Assembly (NCBI GenBank): GCA_964420715.1
Contig: CAYQUN010000012.1
Coordinates: 4,418-68,417 of the forward strand
Direction of reading: 5' to 3'
Length of the DNA: 64,000 nt
Source: an uncultured Prevotella sp.
GTDB lineage: Bacteria > Bacteroidota > Bacteroidia > Bacteroidales > Bacteroidaceae
Within the stretch, counting starts at the first letter, position 1, and each line of letters starts with the position of its first letter. Made by a program: the position numbers and the translations under genes. The notes beneath the pieces were generated by a model that had not been told where the DNA came from, did no database searches, and was given only the letters and a program-made list of their open reading frames with translations. Below, piece after piece: positions 30,529 to 41,523 of the stretch.

Positions 30529-31533
30529 ATGAAGAAGTTTTTTACTTTCGCAGTTGCATTGTTGGCATTGGCCGGTACTGCAGGGGCAAAGACAGAACTT
30601 GATCTGTCACAAGACGGAGGCTGGAGCCACACCTACGACGCAGCAACCAAGACCATTTCCTTCGATGCATGGGGTGCCTACACTATTGACTTGACTGGTG
30701 TCGCCACAACAGATGCAGACAAGTATGTAGTCATCGAGTTTCAGAGAGCGGCCGTTCCCATTGGCGAGGGCAAGCTCGAGTACCAGGATGACACCCAGGG
30801 CTCTGAGAACCTGACCAACGGAACTTCCGAGCAACCGTTCTACATCTATTGGTCTATTGACAAGTCAAAGCAGTTGAAAGACGTCTATATCAAAGCTTCC
30901 GACACAGGCGACATCGTCCTCAAAGAGGCTTACATCGCCACCGAAGAAGACCTCAATGTCACAAAGGCCGCCTACGCCAATCCCATTCTGTGGTCAGGCA
31001 GCCAGAGCTTCGGTACAAGTTGGGATTGGGGCACACGTATCGACATTCAAAAGTCCAAGTTCGAGACTGCAAAGGTTGGCGACTGGCTTGGATTCTCCTT
31101 CACGCAGAACGAGACCGCAGACGATGGCACTCCCGTCACTTACTGGCAGCTCATCACTCGTGACCTGCAAGACCGTGTGCCTTTGCAGAGCAATTTCGAG
31201 GATCGACTTGATTTGGAGACTGGCGAAGTTCAGGAGTCGATGCAGTGGAATGACACGGGGCATACATTCTACACTTTCCAACTCACAGAACCTGACGACA
31301 TTAACAAGTTGAAGACTGTCGGCTTGCAACTCGTTGGCTATGCCTTGACGATAAAGCAGGTCACCCTTACCGCTGAAAAGCCGACAGCAGGCGACGTGTC
31401 GAGCATCAACTCCGTGACTTCTGTTGACAAAGTTGCAGGAAACAGCGGCATCTACAACGTTTCCGGTCAGAAGGTCAACAAGTCATATAAGGGTATCGTT
31501 GTCAAAGACGGAAAGAAATACTTGCAGAAGTAA
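30529..31533 (+). CDS. Non-catalytic T9SS-secreted protein with two beta-sandwich-like modules
   Basis: Signal peptide MKKFFTFAVALLALAGTAGA; C-terminal IYNVSGQKV...KGIVVKDGKKYLQK (short Prevotella-type CTD); no catalytic motif recognised. Confidence 0.75.
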   Translation: MKKFFTFAVALLALAGTAGAKTELDLSQDGGWSHTYDAATKTISFDAWGAYTIDLTGVATTDADKYVVIEFQRAAVPIGEGKLEYQDDTQGSENLTNGTSEQPFYIYWSIDKSKQLKDVYIKASDTGDIVLKEAYIATEEDLNVTKAAYANPILWSGSQSFGTSWDWGTRIDIQKSKFETAKVGDWLGFSFTQNETADDGTPVTYWQLITRDLQDRVPLQSNFEDRLDLETGEVQESMQWNDTGHTFYTFQLTEPDDINKLKTVGLQLVGYALTIKQVTLTAEKPTAGDVSSINSVTSVDKVAGNSGIYNVSGQKVNKSYKGIVVKDGKKYLQK

Positions 31534-31544
31534 ACTTCACGGCG

Positions 31545-31577
31545 GCCTCCCTTCCCTATTCTTACCAGGAGGGAGGC
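31545..31577 (+). other. GC-rich intergenic stem-loop upstream of SusC
   Basis: GCCTCCCTTC ... GGAGGGAGGC, 10-bp stem with one G-U pair, no T tract. Confidence 0.55.
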
Positions 31578-31683
31578 GGCCTTCCATTCCACAACCTAAA
31601 CAGATTCCTTCCTAACACGGAATAACCTTCAGTAACGAGAATCTAAATCTATCACACATAATTATTATATATAAGGAAACCGA

Positions 31684-34600
31684 ATGAAAATCAGAAAACA
31701 ATCACGAAGGCTTCTGCTACTACTATCTTTGATGCTGTTACCGCTTGCCATGCTTGCACAAAGCAAGAAGATAGAGGGTACCGTTGTCGATGAGAACGGA
31801 GAACCCGTCATCGGAGCGACCGTGAAGGAAATAGGCACAAAGAATGCCGCGGTTACCAACCTTGACGGAAAGTTCAGCATCATGACCTCAAAGCCGGGCT
31901 CCCAGTTGGAATTCTCTTACATCGGCTATAAGACGCAACACTTCAAGGCAGCCGGGAACATGAGAATCGCGCTTACCCCCGAGTCGACAAATCTTGAAGA
32001 CGTCGTTGTCGTGGCTTATGGCCAGCAGAAGAAGGTAACGGTGACGGGGTCTTTGGCGCACATTGGTGGCGATGACTTGCTCAAGACGCCAACCGGATCA
32101 CTTGGCAACGCCATTTCTGGCAAGTTGCCGGGTTTGTCAACAGTGCAGTATTCCGGTCTGCCGGGTGCCGACGACCCCAACATCTTCATCCGTGGCCAGG
32201 CGTCGCTCAACGGTAGCAATCCTCTCGTCCTTGTAGATGGAGTAGAACGCTCTTTCACACAGATAGACCCCAATGAGGTCGCCGACATCACCATTCTAAA
32301 GGATGCGTCCGCAACCGCCGTCTACGGTGTGCGCGGAGCCAATGGTGTTATCCTTGTTACTACCAAGCGTGGTACGGCGGGGGTCACTCACGTGACAGCC
32401 TCGACGACATGGGGCATACAGCAGCCTACTGATTTTATTGACATGGTTGACTCTTACACCTATGCAACCGTGTTCAACACGGCCCGTGCCTCAGATGGCA
32501 ACCAACCGCGATTCAGCGACAGGGTCGTCGAACATTTTCGTACAGGCGACCAGCCCGTACTCTATCCGAGCATTAACTGGATAGACTATATCATGAAGAA
32601 TTCGGCCTTACAGAGCCAGCATAACGTATCTGTAACGGGCGGTAACGACGTTGCCACCTACTTCGTCAGCGTAGGTATGTTTGACCAAGGCGGTCTTTTC
32701 AATACCTTCAACACGGACAAGAATGCGAACTTCCATTATACTCGATATAACTATCGTGCCAATCTTGACCTGAATCTCGGCAAGTGGCACAAGCTCTCGC
32801 TGAATGTCGGCGGACGTGTAGAGAACAAGCGCACCATTGGTGGTGCGACCAGCGAGGAAACCATCTTCCGTTATCTGATGGATGCCCAACCCTTCTCTGG
32901 CGCCGGCATTGTAGACGGCAAGTGGGTTGTTGCCAACCCTGCCATCATCGCCGATGGCAGTACCGAGTCCGTCGTAAGCGGCCGTGACGGCTTGAACACC
33001 TTCTACGGACAGGGATACCGCACAACGTTTACCAACGTCCTCAACATCGACCTTGCCTACACGCTCAAGATGGACTGGCTCACGCAGGGCTTGTCCTTCA
33101 AGATTAAAGGCTCCTATAACGCCACGTACAATCAGGTCAAAGACCGTTCTACAGGCATGCCGACACGATATATGCCCTACTTGAACAAGGCTGGAGAGAT
33201 TGTCTATCAGCGTCAAGGCGACGATTGGCCTTTAGGCTATAGCGAAAATAGCTGGCCCGACCGTGACTGGTATGCCGAGGCTAGTTTCAACTACCAGCGT
33301 TCTTTTGGCGACCACAACGTCGGTGCGCTGCTTCTCTATAACCAGTCAAAGACCTATTATCCGTGGGATGCCAACAACAGTGAGTACCGCTCAATCCCCA
33401 AGGGCTATGTCGGACTTGTCGGGCGCGTAACCTATGACTACAAGCATCGCTACATGATTGATGGCAATATGGGCTACAATGGCTCTGAAAACTTTGCCAA
33501 AGGCCATCGCTATGGCTTCTTCCCGTCGGTATCCGTGGGATGGACGGCGTCTGAGGAGCCCTGGTGGAAGACCATCAGCCCCGTCGTCAGCTTCCTGAAG
33601 TTCCGCTACTCCATCGGCAGCGTTGGCAATGACAACTGTCAAGGCTACCGCTTCCTTTACCTGCCTGCCGCATGGAAAATCTACAATGGCTATTTCAACG
33701 CCTTCAATGATTATGCAGGATACAACTTCGGCACAACAAACACGACATATCTCAATGCCGCACAGGAATACTCCTCTGCGTCACCTGACGTAACGTGGGA
33801 AACCGCCGTAAAGCACAACTATGGTATCGACTTGAAGTTTTGGAATGACAGGATCAGCCTGACTTTCGATTACTTCACGGAGAACCGCAAAAACATTCTC
33901 ATCAACAATGCGTCCATGATTACCGGTCCCACTGACCAGCGGCCGTCCTACATCAACTACGGCCGTGTAAAGAATCACGGTTACGAGTTGTCTTTAACCT
34001 ATAGCGACCGCATAGGCAAGGATTTCCGCATTTCCGTAACGCCCAGTATCGCATATGCAAAGAACAAGGTCGTGGAAGAGGCCGAAATCAAGAAGCCGGA
34101 CAAGCTTGTCAAGGCGAACAGCTACATGGGCCGCAAGCTCGGACTAAAAGAGGACACTGAGATGCAACCCACATGGACTTACTACACCGGCCAGCCCATC
34201 GGTGCACGCCGTGGATACAAGTTCTTCGGATTCTACCAAGAGGGCAAGACCGAGGAAGAGTATCGCAACAAGTATGGCACGGACATTCCCGAACAGCTCG
34301 TCAGCACACTCAAGAATGGTGATGCCGTCTATGTGGATATTGATGGCGACGGCAAGATCACCGAGGAATACGACCAGTTGTTCGAGGGCTATACCGACAA
34401 TCCCGAACTTACATTCTCGCTCAACCTCAGTTTGACGTGGAAGAACTGGGACTTCTCCATGCTCTGGTCCGGAGCCTCTCATGTCAGCCGCAACCTCGAC
34501 GGTGTCTATCGCCAGGCCTTCGGCGAGCAATATAATTCTTCCCTCTTGACTTGGGTCGCCAAGAACGCATGGACAGAGGAGAATGCCAATAGTGCCAAGA

Positions 34601-34890
34601 TTCCACGCATAACATTCACCAATGACAAGCAGAACCAGGCCAACTCTGACATCTGGTATTTCGACTCTAAATATCTTCGTCTGCGCAACATCGAGTTGGG
34701 CTACACTTTCCGTCATATCAGCTGGCTACCGCAACAATCCAACATCCGGCTCTTTGTCAACGGAATGAACTTGCTCACCATTTCGCCGTTCGATGCCAAC
34801 GACCCCGAAAACACGGGTGGTGGATACGGAGCCTGGATCAAGTATCCTCTGATGAAGGTCGTCAATTTCGGCGCAAAGGTTACATTCTAA
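31684..34890 (+). CDS. susC: SusC-like TonB-dependent transporter 1
   Basis: CarboxypepD-like N-domain, VVVAYGQQKK, IRGQASLNG, KDASATAVYGVRGANGVILVTTKRG, C-terminal F. Confidence 0.97.
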   Translation: MKIRKQSRRLLLLLSLMLLPLAMLAQSKKIEGTVVDENGEPVIGATVKEIGTKNAAVTNLDGKFSIMTSKPGSQLEFSYIGYKTQHFKAAGNMRIALTPESTNLEDVVVVAYGQQKKVTVTGSLAHIGGDDLLKTPTGSLGNAISGKLPGLSTVQYSGLPGADDPNIFIRGQASLNGSNPLVLVDGVERSFTQIDPNEVADITILKDASATAVYGVRGANGVILVTTKRGTAGVTHVTASTTWGIQQPTDFIDMVDSYTYATVFNTARASDGNQPRFSDRVVEHFRTGDQPVLYPSINWIDYIMKNSALQSQHNVSVTGGNDVATYFVSVGMFDQGGLFNTFNTDKNANFHYTRYNYRANLDLNLGKWHKLSLNVGGRVENKRTIGGATSEETIFRYLMDAQPFSGAGIVDGKWVVANPAIIADGSTESVVSGRDGLNTFYGQGYRTTFTNVLNIDLAYTLKMDWLTQGLSFKIKGSYNATYNQVKDRSTGMPTRYMPYLNKAGEIVYQRQGDDWPLGYSENSWPDRDWYAEASFNYQRSFGDHNVGALLLYNQSKTYYPWDANNSEYRSIPKGYVGLVGRVTYDYKHRYMIDGNMGYNGSENFAKGHRYGFFPSVSVGWTASEEPWWKTISPVVSFLKFRYSIGSVGNDNCQGYRFLYLPAAWKIYNGYFNAFNDYAGYNFGTTNTTYLNAAQEYSSASPDVTWETAVKHNYGIDLKFWNDRISLTFDYFTENRKNILINNASMITGPTDQRPSYINYGRVKNHGYELSLTYSDRIGKDFRISVTPSIAYAKNKVVEEAEIKKPDKLVKANSYMGRKLGLKEDTEMQPTWTYYTGQPIGARRGYKFFGFYQEGKTEEEYRNKYGTDIPEQLVSTLKNGDAVYVDIDGDGKITEEYDQLFEGYTDNPELTFSLNLSLTWKNWDFSMLWSGASHVSRNLDGVYRQAFGEQYNSSLLTWVAKNAWTEENANSAKIPRITFTNDKQNQANSDIWYFDSKYLRLRNIELGYTFRHISWLPQQSNIRLFVNGMNLLTISPFDANDPENTGGGYGAWIKYPLMKVVNFGAKVTF

Positions 34891-34924
34891 CAATCAAAAC
34901 AAACAGGTTAGATAAAAGAAAACA

Positions 34925-36883
34925 ATGAAAAAGCATATAAATATTCTCATCGCACTCACTTTGCTGCTCTTGGGCACGGCAAGTTGCACGGACAACCTTG
35001 AGATCGGCGACTCCTTCCTCGACAAGGCGCAAGGCGAAGATGTCAATGAAAACCTGATTTTCTCCAAGAAAGTATATACCGATTATTTGCTTTGGGAATG
35101 CTACGACGGACTCTACTCGCCCTTCAAGGCGTGCTACACCTTGAATTCCGGCATCATGGAATGTCTCTCCGACCTGATGCATTCCGAACTGGGTTGGGAC
35201 GACATCGGCCGCATGTACTACACGGGCAACCTGACTGCCGCCAACGCCAACCCCGGCTGGTGTCAGAGCCGCTTCGCATTCATCACGCAGAACGGACTTG
35301 CCAACACCGACCCCAATGCCAAGAAATCCATTTGGGAATGCGTACGCGACTGTTGGCTTCTTATCGACAACATCGACCGCGTACCCGATATGACAGAAGC
35401 TGAGAAAGCGCGCTACAAGGCTGAGGCGAAAATCATCATCGCCATCAAGTATTTTGACGGCATCCGTCATTTCGGTGGTCTGCCCATCATCGATCATGCG
35501 TTCAAGGGTACCGACCAACTGCAAGAGGGGCGTGCCACCATCGAGCAAACCGTTGACTTTGCCAACAACCTGCTCAACGAGGCCATCGCAGAGCCCAATC
35601 TGCCTTGGAACATTCCCGACAACGAGCTCGCCACCTGGTCTGGACGCATGACCAAGGCTTCGGCCGTGGGCATGAAGGCCAAGCTATGGGACTATGCCGC
35701 CTCTCCCATCTTCAATAATGACAAGCCTTATTGCACGGAGAGTCCGCAGGACGCTGTAGACAAGAGGCAGGTGTGGTATGGCAATTACGACCCGGCGCGT
35801 TGGGACTCCGTCATTGTGGCTTGCAAGCAGTTCTTTGAGATGAACCAGCAGAATGGCAACTACTACCATCTCGTACAGCCCGAGACGCAAGACGAGGACG
35901 GTTTCCGTGCCGCTTTCCGCAAGGCTTACCGCGCACGCGGCAATCACGAGACCCTCGTGGAAGTCCACGACCGTGTCTATATGAAAGACTGGGATCTCCA
36001 GGCGCTCAACGGGTGCATGCCTGCGACCCTCGACTGGATGGAAATGTTCCCATGGGCAGACGGAAAGAACTTCGACGGGCAAAAGTATTATAATCAGGCA
36101 CCTGCCGAAAAGGATATTTTCGAGAACCGCGACCCCAGGCTCTACGAGAGCATGGTCGTTCAGAAGCGCAACTACAAGTACCAAATCAACAATGAGGACA
36201 ATCCCGTGCAGATGTGGGTAGGCGGCGAGTTCAATGCCGACGAGAACAAGAACACGTGGGCAAACAAGCCCTGGGGATTCCCCACCTTCAAATGGGTGCT
36301 TGACGAGGGCGATGTGGACCACGACAACGAAGGCCTGATAGACAAGGATCCCATGTCTGTCAACTACCTGCGCTTGGCCGACATCTATCTCATCTATGCC
36401 GAGGCGCTCACCGAGCGCGGGCAGAATGCCGAAGCGCTGAAGAACATCAACATCGTGCGCCGTCGCGTCGGACTTGGCGATATTGAGAAAATGAATCCGG
36501 AACTCAACCTGACCTCTGACAAGGACGCCCTCATCGACCAGATTATGCGTGAGCGGGCATGCGAGTTGGGAGCCGAGTGTGAGAATCGCTTCCATGACAT
36601 GAACCGCCGGCTGATGGTAAAAGACTTCACCAAGCATTTGCGCGGACTCAACATCTACCGGCTCGACGATCACAACCAGCGTGTTTTGGAGCCTTGGTCC
36701 AAAGGCAGTGGCGACCCCTTCCCCACCAAGTTTGAGTATGAGCCGTTCAACATCGAGGGTGCCAATCCACGCTTCATTTGGGATCATCCCGAGCGCTGGT
36801 CCAACAAGTGGATTCTTGCTCCGCTTCCTCCTGACGAGATCAACAAAAACTATGGACTGACTCAGAACCCGGGATGGAATTAA
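34925..36883 (+). CDS. susD: SusD-like lipoprotein 1
   Basis: Lipobox TASC, YLRLADIYLIYAEAL, RERACEL and TQNPGW. Confidence 0.95.
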   Translation: MKKHINILIALTLLLLGTASCTDNLEIGDSFLDKAQGEDVNENLIFSKKVYTDYLLWECYDGLYSPFKACYTLNSGIMECLSDLMHSELGWDDIGRMYYTGNLTAANANPGWCQSRFAFITQNGLANTDPNAKKSIWECVRDCWLLIDNIDRVPDMTEAEKARYKAEAKIIIAIKYFDGIRHFGGLPIIDHAFKGTDQLQEGRATIEQTVDFANNLLNEAIAEPNLPWNIPDNELATWSGRMTKASAVGMKAKLWDYAASPIFNNDKPYCTESPQDAVDKRQVWYGNYDPARWDSVIVACKQFFEMNQQNGNYYHLVQPETQDEDGFRAAFRKAYRARGNHETLVEVHDRVYMKDWDLQALNGCMPATLDWMEMFPWADGKNFDGQKYYNQAPAEKDIFENRDPRLYESMVVQKRNYKYQINNEDNPVQMWVGGEFNADENKNTWANKPWGFPTFKWVLDEGDVDHDNEGLIDKDPMSVNYLRLADIYLIYAEALTERGQNAEALKNINIVRRRVGLGDIEKMNPELNLTSDKDALIDQIMRERACELGAECENRFHDMNRRLMVKDFTKHLRGLNIYRLDDHNQRVLEPWSKGSGDPFPTKFEYEPFNIEGANPRFIWDHPERWSNKWILAPLPPDEINKNYGLTQNPGWN

Positions 36884-36929
36884 AAATGAAAGCCCGGAAA
36901 CATCTTTTAATTTCCACAGAAACAGCAAT

Positions 36930-39767
36930 ATGAGCAAATATTTCAAAAAGATAAAGAAATGTAGCCGAAAGGGGCTGCGCTGCCTTGGCGCCATGCTCCT
37001 ACTCTCTACCGCACCTGCAAGTGCACAGAGCACCCTCATCGACTACGATTCCACACGTGTGGACCTTGGTTTCGGCGTAGTGCAGCAGAAGTTGCTCTCC
37101 ACCGTCGCGATGTCCACAATCAGTGGCGACGAACTGCGCAAGACATCGGCCTACAACCTCAGGGAGGCTCTCTACGCGCAGCTGCCGGGGCTGACCGTCC
37201 TCAATCACGGCGGATTCGCGGCACGTGGCAAAGACACGCAGATAAGCATACGCGGCGATCAGACTACGGGCGACAAGAACATTTTGATTCTTGTCGACGG
37301 CATCGAGCGCAACATCGACTATATGACCACCGACGAGGTGGAGAGTGTCACCGTTCTCCGTGATGCCGCCGCCGTGGCTCTCTTGGGCTATCAAGGAGTC
37401 AACGGAGCCCTCCTCATTACGACGAAGCGTGGAAAGGCCGGCAAGTTGCGGGTCAATGCCAGCTATGACCACAAGTTCACCTTCGACCCGAAGACCGCAG
37501 ATTTCGTCAGTGCCTACGACTATGCCAACGCGCTTAACAAGGCCCGTGCCAACGACGGGTTGTTGCCGGCCTATAACGATTACGAGCTCAACGCCTTCCG
37601 CTCCGGCCTGGAACCCTATTATTATCCGCATGTCAACTGGAAGGACGAGGCCTTCAAGAGCCTTGGCTCAGAAGACAAGCTCAACCTGGAAGCCAACGGT
37701 GGCAATGACAAGTTGCAATACGAGGTCCTTCTCGGGCTGACCAATGTCAGCGGCCTCTTGGGGCACACCGATGTGAGCGACGACTACTCCGCCCAGCTGA
37801 AGGGCTCGCGCGGCAACATTCTCACCAACATTGATGCCGAGCTCTCCAAGACCACGCATCTCAGGGTGAATGTCGATGCCGGCATCTTCGAGACCAACCA
37901 GCCCAACGATGCCGACGGCAACGAGGTGACGCGCCTGCTCTATGCCGTACCCTCCTCGGCCTTTCCCGTCACCAACGATCCTGACGGCGTCCTCGCCGGC
38001 GTGTGGGGCGGCAACACCACCTATGCGGGCAACAATGTGATGGCCAAGATCATGGCTTCCGGATACATGAAGAGCCACGGCCACATCTTGCAGGGCGACG
38101 TCACCCTGACCCAAAAGCTCGACTTCTGGCTGAAGGGCCTGTCCGTGAGTGCGCGTGTCGGCTACAGCAACTATGAGCAGATCTTCGAAAACAACAGGTT
38201 AGGTTACGAATACGGTTATGAGCGTTACGGCTTCGACGCCAACGGCATTCCCACGTCGCTCACCAGCTACAAGGCCGGCGACAAGACGAGCCGCTTGGCC
38301 TTTGCCTATGGCATCAACGAGCACCGCCGCAGTTCCTATCTCGCTTTAAAGGCCAACTATGCCACCAAGTTCCGTGCTGACGACAACTTCATCGCCGCAC
38401 TCATCTGGCATCAGAAGAACACGACGCCCAACGGGCAATACAACACCTTCAACCGGATGGACTGGCAGGGCTACCTGCACTACGACTTGAAGCAGCGTTA
38501 CATTGCCGACCTCGTCCTGGCGCTCAACGGGTCCAACCGCAGCTATCCCAACAAGTGGGCCTTCGCACCTACGCTCTCGCTAGGCTACATCCTCAAGAAC
38601 GCACCCGAAGCCAAGGTACTCAACCTGGCCAAATTCCGTCTTTCGGGCGGCATACAGCATTCCGACTATGTTCCCGTCAACGGCCTTTGGTTGGAGAACT
38701 ATGGCGGTGGTGGCGGCGACTACTATTTCGGTATCGGAACGGGCTCGCAGAACTGGGGTACGTTCATCAGCTATCTGCCCAATGACGACCTAAGCCACGA
38801 GACCGCCTACAAGTTCAATCTGGGTGGTGATTTCCGCCTGGCGCGCCAGCTCGACCTCAACGTCGACCTTTACTATCAGCTCCGCGACAACATCATCCTT
38901 TCCGACGCGGGTTTCAACTCCGCCGTGATGGGTCTTCCCGCTTCCTACATGAACTATGGTCGTGTTGCAAGCTATGGTGTCGAGTTTTCCACCAACTGGG
39001 TGCGCACCTTCCACAACGGACTGAGCACCCACATCGGCGGCAACTTCTCCTGGGGGCGCAACAACATCCGCCGCACCATTGAGAGCAAGGCCTACGACTA
39101 TCTGAGCAGCGTCGGCGGCCGAGTCAATCAGGCGTGGGGCTTGCAGGTCATCGGGTTCTTCAAGGACCAGGACGACATCGACAACTCTCCCGAGCAGAAT
39201 TTCGACAACACCAAGCCGGGCGACTTCAAGTACAAGGACCAGAACAACGACAATGTCATCAACGAGGACGATGTCGTCAAACTGGGCTATGACACCTCCG
39301 TACCAGAGATCAACTTCGCCATCAATCTGGGGCTCAAGTACAAGAACGTCGGTTTCGACGTCCTGTTCCAGGGAGCCTCCAACTACACGCAGTATCTGGG
39401 TACGGCCGGCGTATGGGTGCCCATCGTCGATGGAGCCAACCTGACCCAAGACTACTACGACAAATGCTGGGACAACAGCAACAGTCCCAAGTATCCGCGC
39501 CTTACTTCCCGTACGAACAACAACAACTATCGCGCCAACAGCACGTGGTACAAGGACATCACCTTCTTGAAGTTGCGCAGCGCCCGTCTTTACTACGACC
39601 TGCCCAAGACCTTCATCCAGAAGCTCAGCCTGGTGCAAGCCCAGTTGTATGTCAAGGGCGAGAATTTGCTGACCATCAGCAACTGCGACGTCATGGATCC
39701 GGAGAACATCGGAACCAACTATCCCGCCCTCCGCGGCATTGACGTCGGTATAAGCGTAAAGTTCTAA
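36930..39767 (+). CDS. susC: SusC-like TonB-dependent transporter 2 (no N-terminal carboxypeptidase-like domain)
   Basis: VLRDAAAVALLG..GVNGALLITTKRG and GDFKYKDQNNDNVI; signal peptide followed directly by DLGFG and the plug; C-terminal F. Confidence 0.95.
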   Translation: MSKYFKKIKKCSRKGLRCLGAMLLLSTAPASAQSTLIDYDSTRVDLGFGVVQQKLLSTVAMSTISGDELRKTSAYNLREALYAQLPGLTVLNHGGFAARGKDTQISIRGDQTTGDKNILILVDGIERNIDYMTTDEVESVTVLRDAAAVALLGYQGVNGALLITTKRGKAGKLRVNASYDHKFTFDPKTADFVSAYDYANALNKARANDGLLPAYNDYELNAFRSGLEPYYYPHVNWKDEAFKSLGSEDKLNLEANGGNDKLQYEVLLGLTNVSGLLGHTDVSDDYSAQLKGSRGNILTNIDAELSKTTHLRVNVDAGIFETNQPNDADGNEVTRLLYAVPSSAFPVTNDPDGVLAGVWGGNTTYAGNNVMAKIMASGYMKSHGHILQGDVTLTQKLDFWLKGLSVSARVGYSNYEQIFENNRLGYEYGYERYGFDANGIPTSLTSYKAGDKTSRLAFAYGINEHRRSSYLALKANYATKFRADDNFIAALIWHQKNTTPNGQYNTFNRMDWQGYLHYDLKQRYIADLVLALNGSNRSYPNKWAFAPTLSLGYILKNAPEAKVLNLAKFRLSGGIQHSDYVPVNGLWLENYGGGGGDYYFGIGTGSQNWGTFISYLPNDDLSHETAYKFNLGGDFRLARQLDLNVDLYYQLRDNIILSDAGFNSAVMGLPASYMNYGRVASYGVEFSTNWVRTFHNGLSTHIGGNFSWGRNNIRRTIESKAYDYLSSVGGRVNQAWGLQVIGFFKDQDDIDNSPEQNFDNTKPGDFKYKDQNNDNVINEDDVVKLGYDTSVPEINFAINLGLKYKNVGFDVLFQGASNYTQYLGTAGVWVPIVDGANLTQDYYDKCWDNSNSPKYPRLTSRTNNNNYRANSTWYKDITFLKLRSARLYYDLPKTFIQKLSLVQAQLYVKGENLLTISNCDVMDPENIGTNYPALRGIDVGISVKF

Positions 39768-39790
39768 CAATTTCCAAAGAAGCAATAACG

Positions 39791-41488
39791 ATGAAATTGA
39801 AATATATTTTTTCTGCCGTCCTCCTCGCTGCCACTGCCACCAGTTGTGTCGATTTGGGCTACACCGAGGTGACGACACGCGACGAGCAATGGGTCTACGA
39901 CAGTCCGCTCTACGGTGTCCAGCAACTCATGACGAGTGTCTATGCCTACGTCCCCAACGGATTCACCCGCAATTACGAAGGCGGAAGCGGGGCCACTCTT
40001 GCCGCCGCCACCGACGAGGCCGACTGCGCGCTGAGCAATTCGTCCGTCCACCGTTTCTATAATGGTGGCTGGAGCGCCGTCAACCCGCTCGGCTACACGT
40101 GGACCAACAGCTACAAGGCCATTGCCGAGGCCAACAACCTGTTGGAGAAGCTCGACAAGATTGACATCAGCGGCTATGCCAACAACACCGACTACGAGGC
40201 CATGAAGGCCAAGTTCTCGCTCTTCGAGTACGAGGCCCGCTTCTTGCGTTGCTACTTCTATTACGAACTGGTACGTGCCTACGACAATGTTCCCTTCACC
40301 TTGAAGACGCTCTCTGCGGACGAGGCCAACAGCATCGAGCAGACCGACGGTGTCAAGATTCTCGACTGGATAAGCCAGGAGCTCGACGACATCGCCCCCG
40401 AGCTGCCCATCACCTACTCCACGGAGCTCAATCCCGACATTGGCCGCGCCACACGCCCGATGTGCCTGGCGCTCAAGGCCCGTGTCAAGCTTCTCAAGGC
40501 CTCACCGCTTTTTAACACCGAGAACAACAAGCAGTTGTGGCTCGACGCCGCCCAGGCAAGCTACGACCTGTTGTCGCGTGCGTCGGCCTGGGGCATCACC
40601 CTGGGCAACTACGCCAACATCTGGGGCCCACAAAACGGCGATGGCACCGAGGTCATCATGGCCAGCAAGCGGGGCCGCCTGAACAGTTGGGAGCAATACA
40701 ACTATCCCATCGGTGTTGAGAACGGGCAAGGCGGCATGTGTCCGACGCAGTCGCTCGTCGACGCCTACGAGTACACCGACGGGACGGGCGAGACCTTCGG
40801 CGACCGTCATGGTGCGGGCTCGGTTGACATCACCCAAACCGACCCCTACGACGGCCTCGACCCGCGCTTCGCGCTCACCGTCGTCAAGAACGGCGACTAC
40901 TGGCCCAACTACAACCTCTCGCCCATCGAGACCTTCAATGGCGGCAAGAACGCGGCACCCCTTCACAACGCCACCACCACGGGCTATTACCTGAAGAAGT
41001 ATTGCGACCCCAACGTCAACATCTCGACCAACGACGCCACCACCACGCCCCATGCGTGGATCATCATGAGGCTGGGCGAGTTCTATCTGGATTACGCCGA
41101 GGCCATGTACGAGTATTATGGCGACGCCGAGGCCAAGGGCAGCTTCACCCTTTCGGCCAACGACGCCATCAACGCGCTCCTCAACCGCGAAGACGTCAAG
41201 ATGCCCAACTGGAGTGGCAACCCCGCCAACTGGCTTTCACGCTACAAGCGTGAGCGCCTCGTCGAGATGGCCTTCGAGGACCAGCGTTTCTGGGATGTCC
41301 GGCGGTGGAAGGACGGGCAGCAGCTCGCCTCCATCCAGGTGGCCAATCTCCGCAAGGACGCCTCGGGCGACGTCATCCTCACGCGTGCCACCGTCAACCG
41401 GAGTTGGAGCGACAAGTATTATTTCTTCCCCATCCCTTACGACGAAATCAACAAGAACCACAACCTCGTGCAGAATCCGGGATGGTAA
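39791..41488 (+). CDS. susD: SusD-like lipoprotein 2
   Basis: Lipobox ATSC, MRLGEFYLDYAEA, RERLVEMAFEDQRFWDVRRW and QNPGW. Confidence 0.95.
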   Translation: MKLKYIFSAVLLAATATSCVDLGYTEVTTRDEQWVYDSPLYGVQQLMTSVYAYVPNGFTRNYEGGSGATLAAATDEADCALSNSSVHRFYNGGWSAVNPLGYTWTNSYKAIAEANNLLEKLDKIDISGYANNTDYEAMKAKFSLFEYEARFLRCYFYYELVRAYDNVPFTLKTLSADEANSIEQTDGVKILDWISQELDDIAPELPITYSTELNPDIGRATRPMCLALKARVKLLKASPLFNTENNKQLWLDAAQASYDLLSRASAWGITLGNYANIWGPQNGDGTEVIMASKRGRLNSWEQYNYPIGVENGQGGMCPTQSLVDAYEYTDGTGETFGDRHGAGSVDITQTDPYDGLDPRFALTVVKNGDYWPNYNLSPIETFNGGKNAAPLHNATTTGYYLKKYCDPNVNISTNDATTTPHAWIIMRLGEFYLDYAEAMYEYYGDAEAKGSFTLSANDAINALLNREDVKMPNWSGNPANWLSRYKRERLVEMAFEDQRFWDVRRWKDGQQLASIQVANLRKDASGDVILTRATVNRSWSDKYYFFPIPYDEINKNHNLVQNPGW

Positions 41489-41523
41489 ACAAGAGTATAT
41501 TCACAAAACAACATCGCAGCTTT

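Noticed and set aside
12948-41523. Extended ORF-track starts (for example 12948, 18154, 24861, 30427, 41305)
   Set aside because: They overlap neighbouring genes or promoters; downstream ATGs give proper signal peptides or family N-termini and were used instead.
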